Part shown: positions 1-11,866 of the stretch, in pieces
How the letters are laid out: the number at the start of each line of letters is the position of its first letter
Position numbering within the stretch: position 1 is the stretch's first letter
Assembly (NCBI GenBank): GCA_963753975.1
Contig: CAVWEH010000002.1
Coordinates: forward strand, 576,001 to 640,000
DNA: 64,000 nucleotides
Direction: 5' to 3'
Source: an uncultured delta proteobacterium
Lineage (GTDB): Bacteria; Desulfobacterota; Syntrophia; Syntrophales; Smithellaceae
The notes under the pieces: model-generated
Database searches by the model: none
What the model was told of the DNA's origin: nothing
The model's input: only the letters and a program-made list of their open reading frames with translations
Made by a program: the position numbers and the translations under genes

Positions 1-1068
1 GAACAACTTGTCAATCCGGATAGCTTTGCTTCCGTCGTGCTCTATTTGAACTCCCTGCAAACGCCCAATTCTCCTTTGCTGCCGACAACCTGGATTACCG
101 ATGCCGTTAAAGCCGCTCTTCAGGGTGAAATAAATAGTTCCCTGTTTAATATCGCCCTTGCCGGAAGCTGTGCTTTCATGCTTATTTTCATCGGCGATGT
201 TCTTGCCCGGGCCACGTACTTTAGGGGTTTTTCTAAATCGCAAACAACGTCGCCTCGCCTATTTAAGCCTTTAAAATATAAAGGCCTGAGCTGGGAAAGC
301 TTATTGAATTTCCTCCCGCGCGAATCAAAAGCGTTTGCCGTCAAAGAAATTAGAATATTCTTTCGCGATTCGACACAATGGCCGCAATTATTTCTGATGG
401 CCGCATTAATTATAATTTATCTTTATAATTTTTCCGTCTTGCCCCTGGACAAATCACCGATTAAAACGATTTATCTGCAAAATCTATTTTCTTTCTTAAA
501 CATGGGGCTGTCGGCTTTTGTGCTTTCGGCGCTTGCCGCCCGCTTTGTTTTTCCGGCAGTGAGCATGGAAGGAAATGCCTTCTGGATTGTTCAAGCAGCT
601 CCCGTATCGATAAAAAGATTCCTTTGGATTAAGTTTTTTTTGTACTATGTGCCTTTGATAATTATCGCGGAAATTCTGATAATTGTTTCCAACCTGCTTT
701 TGCAAGTTTCTCTGTTCATGATGATTCTATCTGCTGTAACAATGTTTTTTCTTGTTCCCGCGATAGTCGCCCTGGCCCTCGGATTAGGCGCTGTTTATCC
801 CGACTTTAAATCGGAAAACCCTACGCAGGTTGTGACCAGTTTTGGCGGCCTGCTGTTAATGATTCTCTGCTTTTTCTTAATTGCGCTGGTCATAATGCTG
901 GAAGCCGGCCCCGTGTATTACACATTTATGGCCGGTATCCACGGAAAGCATATTTCTGTACTGCAAATGATATGGTTGATTGCTTCCTTTGGTCTGGCTA
1001 TTTTTCTTTGCTTCTTATCCGTATTTTACCCCATGCGTCTTGGCGAAAAAAATCTCCGCATTAGATGA
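1..1068 (+). CDS. Putative ABC-2-type transporter permease (5'-truncated by window edge)
   Basis: Multi-pass hydrophobic ORF with KEIRIFFRD and SMEG-AFW motifs typical of putative ABC exporter permeases; reading frame open from the window start. Confidence 0.7.
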   Translation, partial: EQLVNPDSFASVVLYLNSLQTPNSPLLPTTWITDAVKAALQGEINSSLFNIALAGSCAFMLIFIGDVLARATYFRGFSKSQTTSPRLFKPLKYKGLSWESLLNFLPRESKAFAVKEIRIFFRDSTQWPQLFLMAALIIIYLYNFSVLPLDKSPIKTIYLQNLFSFLNMGLSAFVLSALAARFVFPAVSMEGNAFWIVQAAPVSIKRFLWIKFFLYYVPLIIIAEILIIVSNLLLQVSLFMMILSAVTMFFLVPAIVALALGLGAVYPDFKSENPTQVVTSFGGLLLMILCFFLIALVIMLEAGPVYYTFMAGIHGKHISVLQMIWLIASFGLAIFLCFLSVFYPMRLGEKNLRIR

Positions 1069-1236
1069 ACATTTTCTATTGCGATATTAAGCTGATCGGG
1101 CATTCCAATCGACGACGATTGCGAAACCAGAAAACGAAAATTGTCTTGATTTTACTTGCCGGATAAGCTAAACAAGCGCGCATTCTAATGAAATTGCTTT
1201 TTTTAAGATAGCACGGAAATATTGAAAGGAGCTTTC

Positions 1237-3318
1237 ATGGCCAAGTACGAATCTAAATCCTTGAGGAATTTAGCTGTAGTCGGGCACGGCGGAACGGGCA
1301 AAACCTCCCTTTGCGAATCTTTGTTATTTGTTTCCGGAAAAAACGAACGATTAGGAAGAGTCGATGATGCGACATCGTCCATGGATTTTGAGCCGGAAGA
1401 GCAAAAACGGCGCGTATCGATTAGTTCGGCGGCAAATTTTATCGACTGGGAAAAACATAAAATCAACATTATCGACACGCCGGGCGATTCCAATTTTGCC
1501 TATGACATAAAATGTTCGATGAGTGTCGTCGAAAATGCGGTCATTATCATTGACGCCGTCGGCGGCGTCGAATTTCAAACACAAAAAGTTTGGGAATTAG
1601 CCGATGAATTCAAACTGCCCCGCATTGTTTTCATCAACAGAATGGATCGTGAACGCGCCGGTTTTGAGAAGGCGCTCGAAAGCATCAAAAGCAAATTCGC
1701 CAAAAAAGTTACCCCTGTTTGCCTGCCTATCGGCGCGGAAGACAAATTCAACGGCATCGTTGATTTAATTAATTTTAAAGCTTACTTATTCAGCGATAAC
1801 AAAGGAATCGGTAAAACAGTGGATATTCCCGCGGAAATGATGGAGGAAGCAAAAAGTTTACGCGGAACTATGGTGGAAGACATTGCTGAAGCCGATGATG
1901 AACTGATGAATAAATATTTGGAAGCGGGTGAACTTTCCCTGGAAGAGCTAAAAGCAGGATTGAAAAAGGGCGTGACGTCGGGCAGCCTGATTCCTGTGGT
2001 CTGCGGATCGGCAATGAAAGGTATCGGCATCACCTTGTTGATGGATTTAATTGTCGGCTCTTTTGCTTCCCCGATTGACCGCGGCGTCGTAAAAGGCAAA
2101 AAACCGGGAACAGACGATATTGAAGAAAGAAAGCCTTCAGAAGACGCTCCTTTCTCGGCGATAGTTTTCAAAACAATTGCCGATCCTTACGCCGGCAGAC
2201 TGACTCTCTTCCGTGTCTATTCCGGCAAGCTCAACCCCGATTCCAGCATTTATAACTCCACAAAAAAAATAACGGAAAAATTCGGGCACATCTTTTTCCT
2301 GGAAGGAAAAAATCAAAAACAGGCGGAAGAACTTATTCCCGGAGATATTGCCGGTGTGGCCAAACTAAAGGAAACAGTAACGGGTGATACTTTATGCAAT
2401 GAAAAATCTCCCATTATTTTTGAAAAAGTTGCAGTCCCGCCGCCCATTATGTCTTTTGCGATTGAACCGAAAACGAGGGGTGATGAGGATAAAATTGCGT
2501 CATCCATCCACCGGCTCACGGAAGAAGATCCGACAATCGTATTTTCCCGCGATACGCAAACCAAAGAAATGATTCTTTCGGGTATGGGTCAGGTGCACAT
2601 CGAAGTCAACATCGAAAAAATGAAAAGAAAATTCGGGGTCGAAGTAAACCTGAACACGCCTAAAGTTCCCTACAAAGAAACGATTAAAGGGAAAACCAAT
2701 ATTCAGGGCAAATACAAAAAGCAATCCGGCGGGCGTGGTCAATTCGGAGACGCTTGGATTGATATTGAACCGCTGCCGCGCGGCAGTGGTTTCCAGTTTG
2801 CCGATAAAATTGTCGGCGGTGTTATTCCCGGTCAGTATCGTCCGGCTGTGGAGAAAGGCATTGTGGAAGCGGCGGCGAAAGGTGTTCTCGCCGGTTATCC
2901 TGTTGTAGATTTTAAAGTATCTCTCGTTGACGGTTCCTATCACACCGTTGATTCTTCCGAAATGGCCTTTAAGATCGCCGGCTCCATGGCTTTTCAAAAG
3001 GGTGTAATGCAATGCCAGCCTATTCTTCTGGAACCGATAGTGAATATCGATATAGAAATTCCGGAAGAGTACATGGGCGATGTGATCGGTGACTTGAATA
3101 GCAGACGCGGCCGGGTTCAGGGTATGGATGCCAAAGGTTCCAATCAAATAATCAAGGGCCAGGTGCCTCTCGCGGAGATATTAAAATACGCGCCTGATTT
3201 GCGTTCCATGACCAGCGGCAGAGGAAATTTCACCTATACTCATTCTCACTACGAAGAAGTTCCCGCATATATTGCGGAAAAGATTATCGCCGAGTCGAAA
3301 AAAGAAAAAGAAGAGTAA
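1237..3318 (+). CDS. fusA: Elongation factor G-like protein (EF-G2 paralogue)
   Basis: GHGGTGKT P-loop, DTPG, NRMD, KQSGGRGQFG and SSEMAFK; not in an rpsL-rpsG operon; AGGAG RBS before ATG 1237. Confidence 0.9.
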   Translation: MAKYESKSLRNLAVVGHGGTGKTSLCESLLFVSGKNERLGRVDDATSSMDFEPEEQKRRVSISSAANFIDWEKHKINIIDTPGDSNFAYDIKCSMSVVENAVIIIDAVGGVEFQTQKVWELADEFKLPRIVFINRMDRERAGFEKALESIKSKFAKKVTPVCLPIGAEDKFNGIVDLINFKAYLFSDNKGIGKTVDIPAEMMEEAKSLRGTMVEDIAEADDELMNKYLEAGELSLEELKAGLKKGVTSGSLIPVVCGSAMKGIGITLLMDLIVGSFASPIDRGVVKGKKPGTDDIEERKPSEDAPFSAIVFKTIADPYAGRLTLFRVYSGKLNPDSSIYNSTKKITEKFGHIFFLEGKNQKQAEELIPGDIAGVAKLKETVTGDTLCNEKSPIIFEKVAVPPPIMSFAIEPKTRGDEDKIASSIHRLTEEDPTIVFSRDTQTKEMILSGMGQVHIEVNIEKMKRKFGVEVNLNTPKVPYKETIKGKTNIQGKYKKQSGGRGQFGDAWIDIEPLPRGSGFQFADKIVGGVIPGQYRPAVEKGIVEAAAKGVLAGYPVVDFKVSLVDGSYHTVDSSEMAFKIAGSMAFQKGVMQCQPILLEPIVNIDIEIPEEYMGDVIGDLNSRRGRVQGMDAKGSNQIIKGQVPLAEILKYAPDLRSMTSGRGNFTYTHSHYEEVPAYIAEKIIAESKKEKEE

Positions 3319-3323
3319 ATAAC

Positions 3324-3512
3324 CACGGGTATGAACTCCAGAGATAGTTGCGGAGTATCATACCCTCCGCTTCGCGGGATTGTTTCCAATCTCGATGCAT
3401 CGTGATTGGATAATTCGACCTGCAAGCTTCAGCGCACTCCGTTTCTGAAACTTGGGTCTCATTACAATTTACCAATTCCGCTACGCTTCGCTTTCGTAAT
3501 TGGAGTTTCACA
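3324..3512 (-). repeat. Composite hairpin repeat element, copy R1 (2 core units plus tail modules, both conserved ends)
   Basis: Minus strand: tgtgaaactc-caattacga-aagcgaagcgta-gcggaattg-gtaaattgt | aatgagaccc-aagtttcag-aaacggagtgcg-ctgaagctt-gcaggtcgaatt | hairpin | atcccgcgaagcggagggt ... ggagttcatacccgtg. Confidence 0.9.
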
Positions 3513-4007
3513 ATGATCCGCGCCGGAATTATAACGGTAAGCGACCGTAGTTCTCAGGGTATCCGTGAAGATGCCGGCGGCCCTGTCCTTGCCGCCGTGC
3601 TTGCGGATGCCAAGATAGAAGTTTGTAAATCTCTCATCATTCCGGATGAAAAAAGCGAAATAAAAGATGCAATAATAAAATTCGCTGATAAAGAAAAACT
3701 TGATTTGATTTTAACCACCGGCGGCACCGGCGTCAGCCCCCGCGATGTAACTCCGGATGCGACAGGGGAAGTAATCGACAAACAAATCCCCGGCATGGCC
3801 GAAGCCATGCGGCATCAAAGTATGAATATCACTCCCTATGCCATGATTTCCCGTGCCATAGCGGGAATCCGTGGACGCTGTCTGATAATTAATCTCCCCG
3901 GAAGCCCGAAAGGAGCCAAAGAAAACCTGGCTATAATTCTGCCCGCGTTGAAACATGCCGTCGAAAAAATTAAAGGAGACGACACCGAATGCGCGAGCCC
4001 CATCTAG
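3513..4007 (+). CDS. mog: Molybdopterin adenylyltransferase MogA/MoaB
   Basis: TVSDR, TTGGTG, RDVTP and NLPGSPKG motifs. Confidence 0.9.
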   Translation: MIRAGIITVSDRSSQGIREDAGGPVLAAVLADAKIEVCKSLIIPDEKSEIKDAIIKFADKEKLDLILTTGGTGVSPRDVTPDATGEVIDKQIPGMAEAMRHQSMNITPYAMISRAIAGIRGRCLIINLPGSPKGAKENLAIILPALKHAVEKIKGDDTECASPI

Positions 4008-4063
4008 TCTCATTTTGTGCCATGGGATTTGCCGCTAATTTTCGTAAATCATCAAAGATTTTT

Positions 4064-4549
4064 TTATAACCCGTCATGAAAATTGACCAGGTGTTTTTCC
4101 AGGAATTGCAGAGCATTGCGCTGATGCGTCCCCGTCCAATAAATATTGTGACAGGAAGGACACTGATTATACCGGGTGCAATTTTCAAAGACATATGCAG
4201 GCACTTGATTGCGCACTTCTTCAGCGGAAACCGAATGAAGCTTTTTGTTGCATCTAAGGCATATTGTAAACATCTTTTGCTTATCTATCTTCAGAGAAAA
4301 TTTATCGATGATATCATTTAGTTGATGGACGATATCATTGTCTTTAATCAGATATAAACACCCGGAAAACTGACGCTCCACCATGTCTATTCTTTTTGTC
4401 AGCACAATTCTTCCTTCGGCGGCGGCTAAACGCAGCATTTTCCTTCCGGCTTCTTGCGGAAAAACTACGGTATCGTAACCTAAAAGCCGTAACCATTTAG
4501 CCAGCTTTCCCAAGGCAGCGTCGACAATAAATTGGGGATTGTCAAACAT
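4064..4549 (-). CDS. Mut7-C RNase domain (PIN-like) protein with zinc ribbon
   Basis: F-VD--LGKLAKWLRLLGYDT, CxxC...CxxC-x-x-IYW-GTH. Confidence 0.85.
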   Translation of the reverse strand: MFDNPQFIVDAALGKLAKWLRLLGYDTVVFPQEAGRKMLRLAAAEGRIVLTKRIDMVERQFSGCLYLIKDNDIVHQLNDIIDKFSLKIDKQKMFTICLRCNKKLHSVSAEEVRNQVPAYVFENCTRYNQCPSCHNIYWTGTHQRNALQFLEKHLVNFHDGL

Positions 4550-4564
4550 TTTTTGGAGACATTA

Positions 4565-4867
4565 TTATGACATTTTGGATTCATGAACGACCGGCGGAGG
4601 CTCGTCGGCACGGAGTTCCTTACGCAAATCGCGAATAGTTCTGTTCAAACGACTAATTGTGCGGTTCAAACGAAAACGCTCCACTATCCCCCATAAACTC
4701 GTAATTATTACTCCGGCAAGAAGAGAGCCAAAAATCAGCATATAAGCCGGCACAACAACATCCAAATGCTTGTAATATTGCAGATGTACCGGCGCCGAAT
4801 TCAATTGGGAAAAAGTCACGCTAAAAATAATAAATATTAAAGTTAAAATCAAATAAATTACCTTCAT
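4565..4867 (-). CDS. LapA-family (lipopolysaccharide assembly protein A-like) membrane protein
   Basis: Two transmembrane segments with a conserved N, followed by a basic coiled-coil tail; start placed at ATG 4867. Confidence 0.65.
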   Translation of the reverse strand: MKVIYLILTLIFIIFSVTFSQLNSAPVHLQYYKHLDVVVPAYMLIFGSLLAGVIITSLWGIVERFRLNRTISRLNRTIRDLRKELRADEPPPVVHESKMS

Positions 4868-4871
4868 CGCA

Positions 4872-5357
4872 TCATACCTCCTGATGATATTTTCTAAAGA
4901 GAGGAGCAAGATTAGCCGCTGTCGTAGCCACATCCTCCGGTATTACACGCACATTGCCAACCACACTCATAAAATTAGTATCGCCTTCCCAACGCGGAAC
5001 TACATGAAGGTGAATATGATCCTCAATGCCGGCTCCGGCTGCCTTGCCTATGTTCATGCCGACGTTGAATCCGGCCGGATTCATCGCTTCCCGGAGAGCT
5101 TTAAATGACGTTTCTAAAAGGTTGAAGATTTCTTTTCTTTCTTCGGGAGACAGATCCGAATATTCACCTGTATGCCGATGGGGAATAATCATCAAATGAC
5201 CGCTTATGTAAGGATATCTGTTCATCATCACAAAAGTGTATTTGGCTTTATAAAGGACATAATCATCACACTTGACTAAACATTTACAGAAAATGCACTC
5301 TTTAGTCTTTTTGCTTTTAATATATTCCATTCTCCAGGGCGCAAAAATTGTTTCCAT
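4872..5357 (-). CDS. HIT family hydrolase (Ap4A hydrolase-like)
   Basis: APWRMEYI, CIFC, NRYPY, GAG..HIHLHVVPRW. Confidence 0.9.
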   Translation of the reverse strand: METIFAPWRMEYIKSKKTKECIFCKCLVKCDDYVLYKAKYTFVMMNRYPYISGHLMIIPHRHTGEYSDLSPEERKEIFNLLETSFKALREAMNPAGFNVGMNIGKAAGAGIEDHIHLHVVPRWEGDTNFMSVVGNVRVIPEDVATTAANLAPLFRKYHQEV

Positions 5358-5375
5358 ATATTTTAAACCCGCTAA

Positions 5376-5868
5376 TTAGATGTTAATTATCCTACCTGCC
5401 ACTTCCTTGTCAATTTCTAATATGCCGATAGTCTTGGAAGACGCAAAATGCCGGTCTGCGGCCGAGCCGGGATTAAAGAACAGCACATTACCCTTTTTAC
5501 AATTTGCCGGTTTATGCGTATGTCCATAAACGATACAATTCGCATCACTAAATCTGGTCAATATTTTTTCCTCCATGCCCCGGGGAGATCCCCAGCCGTG
5601 AATCAAAGGCGAACTTAAATCCTTTTATTTCAAAAAGCAAATACTCAGGCAATTTTTCTTTAACGGAAAGATTATCCATGTTGCCGCATACCGCCAAGAC
5701 TTCTTTCCCCGCGAAAATTTCCAAAACACTAAGATCGACCAGATCTCCGGCATGAAGAATCATATCTACATCGCCGAAATGTTCAGCGATGCATCTTCTC
5801 ACATTATCATCATAACCTGTCAGATGAGTGTCGGAAATGACCCCAACCTTTACCTTCTTCTCTTCCAT
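5376..5868 (-). CDS. Metallophosphoesterase YfcE/MJ0936 family, split by a +1 frameshift near 5605
   Basis: ISDTH, HAGD and GNMD in ORF 5548-5874; HG, GHTH and NPGS in ORF 5376-5606; removing one T joins them. Confidence 0.85.
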
Positions 5869-5922
5869 AATCAACTGCCAAAGTATTAGCGATAAGAAAT
5901 AAAAAAAACAAGTTTTATTTAT

Positions 5923-6000
5923 AATGAAACTCAGATTTTATAAGCGTAGCGCAGTAAAATCTGCAAGTTGAATTATCCTGGGTGCGAAGCACATCAGGAT
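5923..6000 (+). repeat. Hairpin repeat copy R2 (1 core unit plus GAA-loop tail hairpin)
   Basis: aatgaaactc-agattttat-aagcgtagcgca-gtaaaatct-gcaagttgaatt then atcctg-ggtgc-gaa-gcac-at-caggat. Confidence 0.9.
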
Positions 6001-6102
6001 ATCTTTGAAGTAAAGCTCTACATAGCGAAACGGGATCATCAACCACTATATCCAATTAACAGGAAAAGCTTTTAATTTGACTTTAGTATTAAGTAAAGTT
6101 AA

Positions 6103-8121
<2,019 letters not shown>

Positions 8122-8155
8122 TACCGCTTCGTTTTCAAGGAATAACGAGGCGGTA
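8122..8155 (+). terminator. Hairpin immediately after the ligA stop (possible terminator or stabiliser)
   Basis: taccgcttcgtt ... aacgaggcggta inverted repeat; no U-tract. Confidence 0.4.
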
Positions 8156-8287
8156 GTGAAACTCAAATCTCAGGAACGCAGTGAACTGGAATTAGTTAGT
8201 TGTAATGAGATCCAAACCTCAGAAACGAAGTGCACTGAAGTTTGTTGATCGAATTATCCAATAGCCTTTAGCTATGGGGAACTATCC
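8155..8287 (+). repeat. Hairpin repeat copy R3 (2 core units plus atccaatagcc tail hairpin)
   Basis: agtgaaactc-aaatctcag-gaacgcagtgaa-ctggaatta-gttagttgt | aatgagatcc-aaacctcag-aaacgaagtgca-ctgaagttt-gttgatcgaatt | atccaatagcctttagctatgggg. Confidence 0.9.
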
Positions 8288-8360
8288 AGCATGAGCTGTG
8301 GCTAGGAGGGAGCTGACGACGAAGCCAACAAAGTTAGCCGAAGGAAGCGATGCGAGATTT

Positions 8361-8633
8361 ATGAAAAGAGTTCATGTTTATGTGAGCGGCAGAGTGCAGG
8401 GAGTATTTTTCCGTGCGGAAACTCAGCGCACGGCGATGAATTTTAATCTCACCGGCTGGGTGAAAAATACAGCCGACGGCCGGGTGGAAGCTGTTTTTGA
8501 AGGCAAAGATGAAAACGTCGATAAAATGATAGCCTGGTCCCATACCGGCCCGCCGCATGCCCGAGTTCAAGAAGTTATCACTAATGAAGAATCATACACG
8601 GGCGAATTTAGGAATTTCAGTATTAAATATTGA
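8361..8633 (+). CDS. acyP: Acylphosphatase
   Basis: VSGRVQGVFFR, GWVKN, GPP motifs; start placed at ATG 8361. Confidence 0.92.
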   Translation: MKRVHVYVSGRVQGVFFRAETQRTAMNFNLTGWVKNTADGRVEAVFEGKDENVDKMIAWSHTGPPHARVQEVITNEESYTGEFRNFSIKY

Positions 8634-8950
8634 CAAATACAATTTTGTCATTACCCGGCACACTTGATTTGACGGGCAGTGTTCAATTAAATCATATCTC
8701 CGTTATTGTTAACACCTACTAATATTTAGTGGCGGGCAGTATCTAGAATTGAGGATTAGGGTGGAAAGAGAGTAGCGGCAAGGATCAGGACACGTAAATC
8801 TTCGTACCAGCGAAGCTAATTCAACTACAAGAACAAATACTGACTAACGACAGAGAGGTTAACTCAATTCTCAATGACCATGCCCGGGATAGTGATCTGA
8901 GAGTCAATAGATTTGTCGAAGATGGGTTGGGGCATTGATCTTTCTAACCT

Positions 8951-9364
8951 TCAGACAGATTTCATCTTAAAAAGCTTTTTATTGACGGAGACCACCGGAC
9001 AAGGAGCCTCCAAAATAATATGTTGGGCGTTGGAACCAAAAATCAGTTTCCCCACCTTGGATTTCTTTTCAATTCCAATGAAAATCTGGTCTACATTATT
9101 ATCCTTGGCAAACGTGACTATATCTTCCCCCGGAAAAAGGCCACGAATCAGCAGGCGGGTATCGCAGAGAATGCCTTCCTTTATAATAGAAGCTTTTAAG
9201 TTCTCCAAATTACTTCCCATGGTTAAATCATCAACTTCCTTTGCGCTTTCCATTGAGTGGACAATATAAAGGGTGGCGTTAAAAAGTTTAGCATTTTTCT
9301 TGGCCAAAGCTAAGACAGCTTTATCCATTTCAGTCCCTTCGGCATACGCAACTAAGAATTTCAT
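8951..9364 (-). CDS. Universal stress protein (UspA family)
   Basis: 137 aa ending GKLIFGSNAQHIILEAPCPVVSV. Confidence 0.88.
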   Translation of the reverse strand: MKFLVAYAEGTEMDKAVLALAKKNAKLFNATLYIVHSMESAKEVDDLTMGSNLENLKASIIKEGILCDTRLLIRGLFPGEDIVTFAKDNNVDQIFIGIEKKSKVGKLIFGSNAQHIILEAPCPVVSVNKKLFKMKSV

Positions 9365-9601
9365 CTTGACCCCCTGTAGCAGATGTTAACTGTCGATTTA
9401 ATGATGCTGTACTTACTTTAAATTAGAATATAGAGAAATCAGTTATCTATGTCAACGAATTTCTAACGAACCAAAAAGCATCATATGCCATGATATTATA
9501 AACATTATTTCATCAATGTTTGAGCGTTTTCTTTTCATATAAAATCCTCTTGCTTTTTACCCTAAAAAACATACTGTAGTCTGTCTGGAAGGAGAAACGA
9601 T

Positions 9602-10111
9602 ATGGGTGCTATTAAAGATATTGTTGATCTTATTACTCAACTCAATAGTAGTATACTTAAGATTCAGACGTTGATACTTACGGTTCAAGAGGAAGATGCA
9701 GCACTGGTGTCTGAAAACCTTGATTTGAAAAAAAGGATATTTGAACTTGAAAAAAAGTATTCTACATTTGAGGAAAAGCGTTCTGCACTTCAAGAAAAAT
9801 CTTCTGCTGAAAATTTGCAAGATAAATACGAATTTATCAAAGAAGAAGAAAAGCATTCTGTGCTTCAAGAAAAATCTTCTGCTGAAAATTTGCAGGATAA
9901 ATACGAATTTATTAAAGAATTTGGCATCTATAAATCTAAAGAATCTGGAAATTATTTTTGCGCCTCCTGTTTAATGAAAAATATTGAATCTCCTTTAACA
10001 CAGAGACGAACCGGGTGGCGATGTGAATCAAAAGGTTGTGGTAAGTTTTATACCAACCCAGCATATCAAACGCAAAAACGTAAACCTCGTAAGTATTTTC
10101 AATGGAGTTAA
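9602..10111 (+). CDS. Hypothetical coiled-coil protein with C-terminal Cys cluster and a 25-aa tandem duplication
   Basis: GGAG RBS, AT-rich, CASC...CESKGC. Confidence 0.6.
   Translation: MGAIKDIVDLITQLNSSILKIQTLILTVQEEDAALVSENLDLKKRIFELEKKYSTFEEKRSALQEKSSAENLQDKYEFIKEEEKHSVLQEKSSAENLQDKYEFIKEFGIYKSKESGNYFCASCLMKNIESPLTQRRTGWRCESKGCGKFYTNPAYQTQKRKPRKYFQWS
9770..9919 (+). repeat. In-frame tandem duplication, 2 x 75 nt
   Basis: 9770-9844 and 9845-9919 encode EEKRSALQEKSSAENLQDKYEFIKE and EEKHSVLQEKSSAENLQDKYEFIKE. Confidence 0.9.
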
Positions 10112-10300
10112 TAAAAAGAGCATGGTTTTTTTATTCTCCTGTATCAAGTAAACTATCCCTGAAATTTGGTTTCGTATGTCAATTAAATATTGATTACCAT
10201 TTGAAAGAAGGTATGTATGTGAAAAATTCTAAATGCTCACTTGCAGGAAGAAGTGAATAAGAACAATCCTTATATCTGCCGTCAATTTCGACAAGCCACA

Positions 10301-11482
10301 CTATCGACATTCCTTGATTGCTTCCGCAAAACCTTCCATGGAATTAATTATCGTTGCATCATCAACGCAGAAGGCAATCCGAAAGTAGCCCGGTCCGCCG
10401 AAACCGCTGCCGGGCACAACCAGTATATTTCTTTTTAGAAGCATCTTAACAAATTCCATATCGTCGGGAATCGGGCTCTGCACAAATAAATAAAACGCGC
10501 CCTCCGGTTTTTCGAATTTGTAACCGGCTTTGGCCAATCCTTCACAAAGAAGATCGCGTTTCTTCTGATAAATCTTGGTATCTACTCTTGCATTCTGCAA
10601 TCTCGCGACGATTCTTTGCATAAAAGCCGGCGCATGGACATAACCCAATATTCTTGTGCAGAGAATCATGGCATTCACAAGGTCAGCGCCGTGTTCGATT
10701 TCGGGATTCATCGCGATATAGCCGATTCTTTCTCCCGGCAGGGAGAGAGTCTTCGAATAAGAATAAGCAACAATACTATTTTTATAGGCTTTCAAAATAC
10801 TCGGCACAACGACATCATCGTAGACAATTTCCACATAGGGCTCATCGGAGACGAGATAAATTATCTTGTTTAGCTCTTTGTTCTTTTCCGTCAAAAGCCT
10901 GACCAGATCGTCTATATTCTGCTGGCTGTAAACTTTCCCCGTGGGATTGTTCGGAGAATTGATCAAAACCGCCTTCGTATTTTCGTTGATCGCCGAGGCT
11001 ACCGCCTTGACGTCCAGAGAAAAGTCAGGATTGGTTTTGACCAATTTAACAACTCCCCGGTAATTATCGATGTAAAAAGGATATTCGACAAAGTACGGCG
11101 TCGGCACGATCACTTCATCTTCGGGATCAAGTATGGATTTGAAAATCACGTTTAAAGCACCAGCGGCCCCGCAGGACATCAGCACATGATCCGCTGTGAG
11201 CTGCAAACCGTAGGTTCTGTTAATTTTGTCTGCAATCGCCTGGCGGGTTTCAGCAAAACCAGCGTTCGGTGCATAGCCGTGCTTCATCGCTATCACTTCG
11301 TGCGCGAGCGCTATCAGCTCTTTCTTAAATTCATTCGGCGGTTCCACATTCGGATTGCCCAGACTGAAATCGTACACTTTATCGGCGCCATGTTTCTTTT
11401 TCATCAGCGCGCCTTCTTCAAACATTTTTCTGATCATTGACGATTTCGAAATAGATGATTTAATCTTCCGGGCGATAGACAT
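10301..11482 (-). CDS. PLP-dependent aminotransferase class I/II (aspartate aminotransferase-like)
   Basis: NSPNNPTG, SDEPY, SYSKTLSLPGERIG. Confidence 0.92.
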   Translation of the reverse strand: MSIARKIKSSISKSSMIRKMFEEGALMKKKHGADKVYDFSLGNPNVEPPNEFKKELIALAHEVIAMKHGYAPNAGFAETRQAIADKINRTYGLQLTADHVLMSCGAAGALNVIFKSILDPEDEVIVPTPYFVEYPFYIDNYRGVVKLVKTNPDFSLDVKAVASAINENTKAVLINSPNNPTGKVYSQQNIDDLVRLLTEKNKELNKIIYLVSDEPYVEIVYDDVVVPSILKAYKNSIVAYSYSKTLSLPGERIGYIAMNPEIEHGADLVNAMILCTRILGYVHAPAFMQRIVARLQNARVDTKIYQKKRDLLCEGLAKAGYKFEKPEGAFYLFVQSPIPDDMEFVKMLLKRNILVVPGSGFGGPGYFRIAFCVDDATIINSMEGFAEAIKECR

Positions 11483-11517
11483 AAATCCTGAGCTCCTTCG
11501 CGACAGCCGTGGAAAAA

Positions 11518-11835
11518 TTAAGCGTCGTGTTTACGGCGTCTGACCAAAATATACACGCCAATTAAAACCAGAACGGCCGGTAATATATATTGGGAATACT
11601 TGTATAGTTCCAGGCCGTAAAATTCCGTAATCAGAAACAACACACCGACAAAAGTGATAAACCATCCGCCAATATCCTTGAATCTCTGAATCAGAGTGCA
11701 AATGCCGACGACAATAAGCAATATCGGCCAGGTCCGCGAAAAAGAATATGCCCCCGATTTACTCAAGAATATTAATATACCAAGAGTAATTAAAATCATG
11801 CCGCCTGTAAGTACATTATATTTTTGTTTCGCCAT
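11518..11835 (-). CDS. Small 4-TM membrane protein (LiaF/DUF5668-like)
   Basis: G-ILI-LG, WP-LLI and P-VLVLIG repeats. Confidence 0.65.
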   Translation of the reverse strand: MAKQKYNVLTGGMILITLGILIFLSKSGAYSFSRTWPILLIVVGICTLIQRFKDIGGWFITFVGVLFLITEFYGLELYKYSQYILPAVLVLIGVYILVRRRKHDA

Positions 11836-11866
11836 AAAAAAATCTCCTTATTCGTATTATCTTCAA

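Noticed and set aside
8634..8940. Possible ncRNA or MITE between acyP and the USP gene (agaattgag/ctcaattct inverted repeat, repeated cgggcagt, a tagttgaatta-like fragment)
   Set aside because: The matches are short (8-11 nt) and do not form a coherent structure or ORF.
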